Source: Geosiphon pyriformis uo1 (Eukaryota; Fungi; Glomeromycota). Taken from it: a stretch of DNA of 62,288 nt. The notes beneath the pieces are model-generated. The model was not told the origin of the DNA and searched no databases. It saw nothing but the letters and a program-made list of their open reading frames with translations. Where the stretch lies: NCBI GenBank assembly GCA_016748015.1, contig JAAOMT010000104.1, positions 1 through 62,288 of the forward strand, read 5' to 3'. Numbering within the stretch: position 1 is the first letter of the stretch; each line of letters opens with the position of its first letter. Shown here piece after piece: positions 52,701 through 62,288 of this stretch. The position numbers were made by a program, and so were the translations under genes.

Positions 52701-55700
52701 GACAACAAACATGAAGAAATCTCAAGTTGGGAATGGAACGAAGATAAGGAAAAAGGAAAAAAAAAGGAAGAAAGAATGCCACCAACTGCTACTATTTATA
52801 ATTCCTACAACCCCACAACAATCCAATTATCGATGGTCAAGACTTGTATGTGTCAATTGTGGTAAGAAACTGTCATCAATGGGCACATGCTGTGGTAATG
52901 ATGAGGAATACCACATTACAAAAAAGTTCTACTGTTATCCATGCTTACTCGAATGCTTTGGATGACCAAAGAGGCAAAGAAAATGGGATAACCAACCTTG
53001 TTTCACTTGTAGAGAGATTCTGCTAGATGAAGGAATGTGGAACAACATCCCAGAATGTGGAGAAACATGTGATGTATTGTGTTAATACACGATTCTAATA
53101 AGCAACTGGGTAAGGAAAGAAACCCCAATAGAAGCAGCCTGGAGAAGAGCTGTGCAGCAACTGGACAGTTGTCCACATGACAACAACAAAATTTAGTGAA
53201 TGACACTTGCCAAAATTGAAGGGGCATCACCTGAGAAAATAAAAATGATCAAAAACAACCCCTCAGAATCTTTAGAGCTTGACTGGGATGCAGAACCCAT
53301 CATAAATCTCCTGGATTCAGAACAATTCCATGAACACTACCAAGAAATAGCACTTACAAGGGAAGAACAAGAAAAACAGTTAAAGCAGTTGAACACTCGA
53401 CTATGTCAACACTGCCTAATTCCCTGTGACTTCCAGTATTGTGATGAGTGTGACCTCATTTACAATCCATCACCACGCATAATCTACACAATCCCTGAAG
53501 AGAAAAAACCAATTAGCAATTGTGCATCAGAATCAAAATCACTGATCAATCGTGATTCAAACTCCGACAACGACGATAACAACAACGGTTCGAGCTTTGT
53601 TCAAAATGGCAATGACAATGACAATGATTCCAACTCAGATCCAAACCCTGATACAAACTATGAACAATATATTGCACTACCAGATCTCTCCAAGGAGCAG
53701 GAGTTGAAATGGTATAGTGACAATGAGGAAGTTATCATGCCAGAACATGCGCATGATATGGATGCAGGGTTTGATCTGAGGTATCTAGGAAAAAAGACCA
53801 TCAAATTGGAGCCACATTCACACATCTGCATTGATCTGAAAGTAGCACTAAAAATTTTGGCAACAACAATGGTTCAATTAGCATCTAGGAGTAGTTTAGC
53901 GAAAAAAGGGATTAATATAAGAGGAGGAATAATTGATACAGAATATGTAGAAAATATCATTGCTATGCTACAAAATGACTCAAAAAAGGCCTATATAATA
54001 GAGCCCAACAAAAAGATAGCACAGGCAATATTCCTGCTTCTGGTTAGAGTAGTTCAGTTAGTATCAGTAAGAAAGAGGGAGGAATTAGGAATAACAGCGA
54101 GAGGAATACAGGGATTCAGATCAACAGGTAGAATAGATGTACCAGTTAATATGGCGAAAAAAGAAATTGTTGGCCAAGAAGAAATTATCTCAACCGGTTA
54201 AGCTATTTCTATTTCACCATATAACCAGTACATGCTAGCAATAAAAAGAAAGGAAAAAGACCAAGCACAAATTTTTGAAGCAGAAGCCAGTCTTTGTGAA
54301 TCAGGAGAAGTTGGACTTATCAATCTCCACATACCAGCCAAAAATTACAGCCACATTAAAATTTCCATCTACAACAATACAGGAAATGTCATAGAAATAC
54401 CAGCCAGAACCATTATTGAATACTTAAACACTGAAATGGAAGAGCAACCACCAAACCCTATTCCAGACTTTCCACAACTTTGTGGATATGTCAATATCAT
54501 ATCACAAACAATATATGGATGAAGTGAATGTTATTTGCTCCAACCAGAACAATTGGAACAAATAAACATAGGAAACTTAGATTCACTCCAACGTATGCAA
54601 CTCAAGATGTTGCTCAACCAGTTCAATGACATTTTTGCCAGCAAAAATGAGTTTGGCCAAACTGACATCATTTAGCATTAGATCAAGATTGGAGATACAA
54701 TGCCAATTAAACAAAGAGCATACAAAGTGCCACCAGCCAGCCATGAAATTATTTGTCAAGAAATAAACTGAATGCTTGACAATGGGCTAATTCAGTCATC
54801 AATGAGCCCATGGTCATTACCAGTGGTACTTGTCCATAAGAAGAATAGAAAGATCCAATTTTGTGTGAACTACAGAAAACTCAATGGTGTAACTCATGGA
54901 GACAGCTATCCAACTCCATGAATACAAAAATTATTTGATGCTTTTGGCGGAAACAAATGGTTCTCAACATTAGACTTGGACAGTGGTTACTAACAAGTGG
55001 CCATGAATTCAGCCGACAAAGAGAAGATGGCATTCACCATAAGAGAAAGGAATTTCAAATTTGAAGTAATGTCATTCAGTTTAACCAATGCACCAGCCAC
55101 TTTCCAACAACTAATGGAAATTGTCTATACTGGCTTATTGTGGAAATCAGTAGTTGTATACTTGGACAACACCAACGTATTCTCAAAAACATTTGATAAT
55201 CATCTTCATCATCTTCAACAAATGTTTGAAAGACTAAGAAGAGCAGGACTAAAGTTAAATACAACAAAGTGCTTCTTTGGCAAGACAGAACTAAAATTCT
55301 TGGGACACATAGTCAGCAAAGACAGCATCAAAACAAATTCAAAGAAAATAGAGATAGTAAAAAACTTTCCAGTGCTGACCAATATGACAGAACTGAAATC
55401 ATTCTTGGGATTTGCCAGCTACTATTGACATTTTATCAAGAACTTTTCCAAGATAGCGCAGCCACTCAACCAACTGCAAACCAAGAATACCAAATATGAA
55501 TGGGCAGAAAGTCAACAAGAAGCTTTTGATATTCTGAAAAGAAAACTCATTCAAGCTCCAATACTAATCTATCCAGATCACAGCAAACCATTCATTATCA
55601 CCACTGATGCATCCAGCCAAGCATTGAGAGCAGTATTATCTCAGAAAGGACCAGACAGCAGAGAACATCCAATAGTATATGCTAGCAGAGGTTTAACACC

Positions 55701-55962
55701 AGCCAAAAAGAATTATGGAACACTGGAACAAGAACACTTAGCAATATACAGGTTAGTCATAAAATGGAAAGAATACTTGAGCCAGAAGTTTGAAGTATAC
55801 ACAGATCACAAGGGATTAACATCACTCCAAAAACAAGAATTTGGAGATGGAAGACAGTTAAGATGGAAAATGGCACTCGCACCATACAATTATACTATAC
55901 ATTACAAAAAAAGAAAAGACAATGGAAATGCTGATGGTTTGTCACAAATGAGACAAATCTAA
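49776..55962 (+). pseudogene. X ORF1 (gag-pol without integrase)
   Basis: MAYTPIAKLDNF capsid, CHYCGKQGHIQIDC, ILDNGS, Cys-rich, dUTPase 53737-54129, RT (YLDN), RH ending MRQI*; one secondary frameshift near 52805 that is absent in Z. Confidence 0.93.
53737..54129 (+). pseudogene. dut: dUTPase domain of X
   Basis: DAGFDL, SRSSLAKKG, GGIIDTEY, KIAQAIF, RGIQGFRSTG. Confidence 0.95.
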
Positions 55963-56024
55963 GAACATTTTAACACAAAAATATAACAAAACCAGAACAA
56001 TACCAACAAAAAATATAACAAAAG

Positions 56025-57406
56025 ATGAACATACAAAAATATCAACAACTTCAACATTATATAAACACTCAACATTTCAAGGAGAATTTATCTCAAACAG
56101 AACAAAAAAGTATCAAACAACAATCAAAATATTTTATTACTTACCAAAATATACTTTATTGAAAAAATAGAAAAGATCCAAATCAACCAACCAGAGTAAT
56201 TACAGAGCCAGAAAAAGAGACAATATTTTTCAACATGCACTCAAATCCAACAGCAAGACATTTTCATAAAGAAGCAACCATGGAAAGAACCAGAAAAAGA
56301 TACTATTGGCTATTAATGTATCTAGACATCATCCAATACATTCAAAATTGTAATGCTTGTTAGCAAAGAGAAAGTATGAAACCCAGTGAACCATTAAGAC
56401 CAATTAAAGTGGAACAACCATTCAACCATATTGGAATTAATTTAGTCGGACCATTAACAATCACCAGCGAAGGAAACAGGTACATAGCAGTAGCCATGAA
56501 CTATCTTACTAAATGGCCAGAGGCAAAAGCAATTTAAAGAGTAAATGCAGAATCCGTTGCCAAATTCATTCATCAAGATTTAATTTGTCAACATGGATGT
56601 CCAAAAGAATTATTATCAGACCAAGGAACTCATTTTGTAAACAGAACATTAACAGAATTGAGCCAAAGATTCGGAATCAAGAGACCATTATCATCACCAT
56701 ACCATCCATAAACCAATGGATTAGTAGAAAGATTCAACAGAACATTGTGTAAAGCAATAGCTAAGCTCAGCCAGGAAAACCAGAACAATTGGGATTTGTT
56801 CATATCATCAGTACTATTTGCTTATTGGACAATGAAACAAGATACTACACAAGCAACACCATTTGAATTAGTGTATGGGAAAACAGCAACATTACCAGTA
56901 GAGAGAAAAATTAATACATATCCAGCTGAACCAATAACAGAAGAAAATTTTCAAGAAACATTGCTGAAAAAACATATGACTTAATGAAAGCATTGGAAAA
57001 CAAACAAAGAAGAACAGCTGATAATATTCAAAAGTCACAAAAAAAACAGAAAGAAAGACACAATAGTCAACTACCAGACAAACCAGTTGAATTCAAGATT
57101 GGAGACAAAGTATTACTACATTGTACCAAAGCAAAAAAACAATGGAGTGGAAAATTTGACCCCAAATGGAACAGACCATTTCACATAAAAGAAATTCTAG
57201 GAAATGGAACTTACAAATTAAGATTGGATAACAAAATTTTAACCAAAGCAGCACATGGAGATCGACTGAAACCATATCACAACATCACATTACCATCTAC
57301 CAGTAATATTCCACAATTAGGAGTACAGAAAATACTAATCCAACCAGATGAGATTCTACGAGATCTAGAACCAATCATTATCATTGACAACAACACATCT
57401 AATTGA
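56025..57406 (+). pseudogene. Stand-alone integrase ORF of X
   Basis: ATG 62 nt after the RH stop, other frame; IGINLVGPL, SDQGTHF, GKFDPKWNRPF. Confidence 0.92.
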
Positions 57407-57459
57407 TTGACAAAAGAATATATAAGAACATGGTCGATGCGACAGAAGAGATCAGAAAA

Positions 57460-58089
57460 ATGGAGATTACAGACAATATTTATTCACTAGCCCAACAAAT
57501 TTTTCAATTAATCCAACACCAGGAGATAGAAATTACCATCAATCAACAAACCATTCATTACAAAAATATGGCAAAAATACCACAAAACAAAGCACAGAAA
57601 AGACTTGAAAATATGGTTAACAAGATCATGACCAAAATAAAATTGGCCATGAAAGAACAACAAATAGTCAGATTACACCAAGAACTTACCAGAGAAACTT
57701 GGACTTGGTGGATACAACAATTTCCAAAAAACTATTGTTATTTTTACTTGGAACAACACGTAAATATCCAGAACTTGTACACCAACAAAACAAAATGGTT
57801 ATTCAACACCACAATACTGGGACAACTAGAACAATTTGTGGGAAAAAACAATCTAATTACACAAGCTCGAGCCATTTACCAGCTATATATAAGATTTCAA
57901 GACCAACCAGAAATCTTACTCAACACAGCAATAGATACAGTTACGAGTAATCAATTGGGAAAAATGACCAATGCCCAATTTGAAGAACTACAAAATAAAT
58001 TAACACAAGTAATACTCAAAAAAGAAGTTCAAGAAATAATTCAACAAGGGGAATTAAAAGAATTAGATTTCGATGGAGCTCAATATTAA
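57460..58089 (+). CDS. ORF3 of X, accessory protein of unknown function (open)
   Basis: Open frame 57403-58089; the ATG at 57460 aligns with the other ORF3 starts; no signal peptide or TM segment visible. Confidence 0.8.
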   Translation: MEITDNIYSLAQQIFQLIQHQEIEITINQQTIHYKNMAKIPQNKAQKRLENMVNKIMTKIKLAMKEQQIVRLHQELTRETWTWWIQQFPKNYCYFYLEQHVNIQNLYTNKTKWLFNTTILGQLEQFVGKNNLITQARAIYQLYIRFQDQPEILLNTAIDTVTSNQLGKMTNAQFEELQNKLTQVILKKEVQEIIQQGELKELDFDGAQY

Positions 58090-58102
58090 AAAGAGGGGAT
58101 AA

Positions 58103-58988
58103 TGTTACTCATAGAATATAAAAAATATAGTATTATTAGTCAGTAGATATTAGCCAATCAGAGGTAGACATAGTAAATGTGGAATTCCAGAATTCCTCTC
58201 AGAGGAATTACAGAATTCCAGGAATTTCAGAATTCTCCGATAAGGAATTGCAGGATTTCAGAATTCCAGAATTCCTCTTATTAGGAATTGCAAGATTCCA
58301 GAAATCCCAGAATTCCTGTCACAAAGAATTAAGGAATTGAGGAATTTCAATTATGTATATATAGTAGTAGGATTAGAAGCTGAAAAGACAAAACTCTCAG
58401 TTTAGATTTAATCTAAGCAACATTCCAGTTCCCAATTATCAAATAAATAATTATTCTATATCTCAACCCACTCTCCACTATTAACACTTTATGTTGATAG
58501 TAATTGATACTTAACCACGCTGGAACAATAGCTCTTAATCATGACTATTGACAGGATATTAACATACCAAATTGCCTTGGCTTATTGTCTCTATTTCTCT
58601 TTATTTTTTTTATTTTATTTTCTTTCTTTCTTTGATTTTGTTGTTGTATACTAATTGATTAAAAAATTAAGCACTAAGTTATTGATGTCAAGAATAGCCT
58701 AGTAAAAGACCCAGAAATAAGGGTAGGATTTTTTATATTATTGGATAGCTTACCAGAAGGGCACGACTGCCAGACTAAATCTGGTTACCACACTGAGAAA
58801 GAAATTGAGAAAACTCTTGGAAAAATACATCTACTATTGACACTATTGAATCTCTGTTTATTATACAAAAGACTTCATTAAAACCTTCAGATACAACACT
58901 TACAGAACTTCATCAACAAAAGTAGCTTTTGATCACCAAGTTACAGATTTGTTATTTAATTCAACAGCAAAAATAATCACTTGTAACA
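58103..58988 (+). repeat. 3' LTR of X
   Basis: TGTTAC...GTAACA after the PPT. Confidence 0.96.
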
Positions 58989-59259
58989 ACACTGAGAAAG
59001 AAATTCGACAGAATTGCGATTTCGGAAAGCTACTGGAAAGATAACACTACTAAATCTCTGTCTATTATACAAAGAACTCCAACTCAAAAACCTTTAGATA
59101 TAACCAACATACCAGTAACACCAGCATTGTCAAGAGATTAGGCATCAAATTACAGATCTGTTATTTGATTTGAGACCCCAAATAATCATCTGTAACATTT
59201 GGTGCTCCTTGTGAAATATAATCCTACAGAAAACCAGCACCATCAACAATCATCCAAAA

Positions 59260-62200
59260 GTGGCAGAATCAGAAATCATAGAAACAAACCATTTAGGATT
59301 CGCCAAATCCTTATTCTAACAGTACAGTCAACAATTAGAATTGAACAATAATCATTTCCTAGTGGAATCAGCCTTCAACTTTTACATTAATAATAAAATC
59401 ACAAACTGCTTAGAAGGAACAGTTAACATTGAATCCACAAGAGAAAATTTCTATACAGAATTATTTCAATATATCAGCTTACCAAGAAACTACCGTTTCA
59501 CACCAATTATTAGGGAAATCAATCAAACTATTGAAAGGTATACACAACAACAATTTCTCATCACCTATACAGATAAAGGCAAAGGAAGATTGCAAATTCC
59601 AGCAGTAACACCAAAACAAATACAACTACCCAATTAGAAGAAAACCCGAATTGAATTACCCACCAATCCATTATACCATTACACACCTGGAAGTGTCATC
59701 AATATCTCATCAATAGGTGCATCCACATCACATGTGACATCAACATTTGGCTGACTCCTATTCCAAAGTAAACAAAAGAAAGCAGAGTTATTAAAAACTT
59801 ATGGTGATTATTTTGAAGGATTTAAATTGCGATCGCCAATGCCATCAGGATTCCAATTACCACCACCTCAACCAGATTTTGGAAACACAAATTCTTGAGA
59901 AATAATGGAATCAAAACAGAAAAAAGAAAAAAAATCTAAAGATCAAGAATTTACTTACCAAAATCCAATCCCAAAAAATCTGGACATTGGAACCCTGAAC
60001 TTTCAGACTTAGCAAGATCAAAATTTAGAAAATCCAGAAGTTGAAACTCCAAATATTCAAATACTGACAAATCAAAACAATCAAAATCCTGATTTAATTA
60101 ATCAACAACACATACCTTCAGAAATCATCATTAATCAACCAGTCAAACCAATTGGCCAGCCATTACAACAACCAGATCTACAAATCCAACTGCTACCAAT
60201 ACCTTTTCAACAACTGCAACAGCAGCTTCAACAGTCACAACAGCAACTCCAACAACCAAACTTGGATTCAATGGCCTATGCTCCAATCACAAAACTCGAG
60301 AAATTCACCAGTGAAAAAGATAACGCCCAGATTTGGCTTAATGACATTGAAAAAGCCATTATGGCCAATGAATAGAATGACGTGAGAGCACTTCAAGCCA
60401 TTCTCTATTTTTTACAGGATACTGCCGACTTATGGTATCAAAGTCTAGTCACCAAACTTCAGACATTTCAGGAATTCAAAGTTGTATTCCTGGGATATTT
60501 TAGTAATAATAACAGTATTAATTGCTTAGCTAACACTTTCACTATCATCAAATAAGGAGAAAATGAAGCAGTCACTACTTACTTAGGATGCTTTTACAGA
60601 AATTTGCATTAAATCCAGGCCATACAGGCAGACTATTTTATAGTGCCACAAATTCTAAATTAATTCATTAGAGGCCTGTGCAGTAGCATCTTTCAACACA
60701 TATGTCTAATGCACCCAGTAGATCTTCAAGCCACTGTTATGAATGCCAGAGACTTTGAAGCCACCGAACTTGAAGCCAACCATGCCCAAGCCATAAATCT
60801 AATAATGAACAGATCATCTGATTTGGACTTCAAATTAAAGCAATTCAGTAACTCAATCAATCATAAATTAGAGGGATACTTAGCTAATACCAATCAAGCC
60901 ATTTATCAACCCCCACAATGACGCAACAATCAGGGAAATAGAAATCACTTCCAAAATCAGTTTTGTCCAGCATCATTCTCAACTAATCAACAGTGGCAAC
61001 AGAAAACACATGCATGCCACTATTGTGGTAAACAAAGGCATTTACAATTTGAATGCTGGAAAAAGATAAGTGACCAGAGATCAGCTAATCAAAACTCTGA
61101 TTGTCAACTACCACCTCAGAATTACATCAATAATTAATCACCAGAACAATATCATCAAAATTACGTACCTATAACACAACCACCAATCTATTAGCCACCA
61201 ATTTATTAGCCAACAATACCTATTGTTTATCAACTGCAGTCCCAATCCATATATCAGCCACAGCCACCAGTACTTTATCAACTTATTAAACAATCTCCAT
61301 TCTATCATATGATCAGTATATATTAGCTATAAAAAGAAAAGTAAAGGATCAAGCTCAATTGTTTGAAGCAGAAGCCACCATTTGTGAATCAAGAAAGATT
61401 GGACTTACTAATCTTTACATATCAGCCAAAAGCCCCAAAAACATCAAAATTCCCATTTATAACGCAACTGGAAAGATCATTAAAATACCAAAGAGAACTA
61501 TCATTGGATATTTAACCACTCAAGTTGAGGATCAACTACCAAACTATGTTCCAGATTTTTCACAACTTTGTGAATATGTGAACATCACTTCACAAACCAT
61601 TTATGAACAAAGTAAATGTTATCTGCTCTAACCAAAACAATTGAAACAGATAAACATAGGGAATCTAGACCCACTCCAACAGATGCAACTAAAAATGTTA
61701 CTCAACAATTTCAACAACATCTTTGCCAGTGAAAATGAATTTGGCTGTACCAATATCATTTAGCATTAGATTAAGACTAGAGATGCAATGCCAATCAAAC
61801 AAAGAGCATACTAAGTACTACTCACCAGCCATGAGATTATTCATTAAGAAATCAACTGGATGCTTGACAATAGGCTAATTCAGTCATCAATGAGCCCATG
61901 GTCATTACCAGTGGTATTAGTCTATAAAAAGAATAGAAAAATTTGCTTTTGTGTGAATTACTGGAAACTGAATGGAGTAACCAAAGATGATAGCTACCTG
62001 GCTCCAAAAATCCAAGAACTTTTCGATGCTTTTGGAAGAAAAAAATGGGTTTCAACTCTGAACTTAGACAACAGTTATTGGCAAGTAGTCATGAAACCAG
62101 AAAACAAGAAAAAAACAGCTTTCACAATTTGAAAAGAAAATTTTGAATTTGAAATTATGCCATTTGGCTTAATAAATACACCAGCAACATTTCAATAACT

Positions 62201-62288
62201 TAGAGAAATTGTTTATACTAGACTGCTATGAAAATCAATAGTCATATATCTGAATAACACTAATGTGTTTTTTAAAACATTTAATAAT
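59260..62288 (+). pseudogene. Y ORF1 with an internal deletion (gag joined to dUTPase-like/RT)
   Basis: gag homologous to X up to ~61280, then TISIL.YDQY..LFEAEATICES and RT (CFCVNYWKLN); PR, Cys-rich and dUTPase are missing. Confidence 0.88.

Larger units (their letters stand above)
48801..58988 (+). mobile_element. Full-length Ty3/gypsy X (10.2 kb), inserted in the Y 5' LTR
   Basis: LTRs 48801-49713 and 58103-58988; PBS 49716-49732; PPT AAAAAGAGGGGATAA 58088-58102; TSD ATGC/ACAC (from ACGC). Confidence 0.96.
28623..62288 (+). mobile_element. Ty3/gypsy Y (outer host of Z and X); 5' LTR in three pieces 28623-29105, 48592-48800, 58989-59197; internal region runs off the window
   Basis: The pieces rejoin into one ~890-bp LTR once Z and X are removed; PBS TGGTGCTCCTTGTGAAA at 59200; gag and RT follow. 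Confidence 0.9.

Noticed and set aside
52790-52830. Programmed frameshift in X ORF1
   Set aside because: Z and W keep one frame through this region, so it is a private indel.
57403-58089. ORF3 as an env gene
   Set aside because: Too short; no signal peptide, transmembrane segment or furin/fusion motif visible.

Overview
AT-rich eukaryotic repeat nest with no host genes. The protein style resembles Glomeromycotina/Geosiphon-like fungal transposons (from memory, unverified). Almost every base can be assigned to a nested stack. The oldest layer is a decayed LINE (17794-19117 + 26927-28622). On it sit eight Ty3/gypsy (Metaviridae) copies from several families: A (1-3075, +), V1 (3076-~8807, -), V2 (~8808-17793, -), U (19118-26926, -), Y (from 28623, +, with its 5' LTR split twice), Z (29106-48591, -), W (33662-42969, +, inside Z) and X (48801-58988, +). 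There are also two solo LTRs (10616-11581, 16382-17249). All LTRs end TGTTA...TAACA (or a decayed form) and make 4-bp TSDs. The families share an unusual three-ORF plan. (1) One frameshift-free ORF, apparently starting at a conserved AAAGTGGC (no ATG), encodes N-extension, Gag, CCHC, protease, a novel Cys-rich domain, dUTPase, a dUTPase-like domain, RT and RNase H. (2) The integrase is a separate ORF with its own ATG, after a stop and an AC-rich spacer. (3) A soluble ~210-235 aa ORF3 sits in the env position. Other signals: TSDs centred on CpG/YR steps, family-specific enhancer repeat cassettes in the LTRs, and pervasive post-insertion C>T/G>A hypermutation. Coordinates were read by eye and may be off by a few bases.
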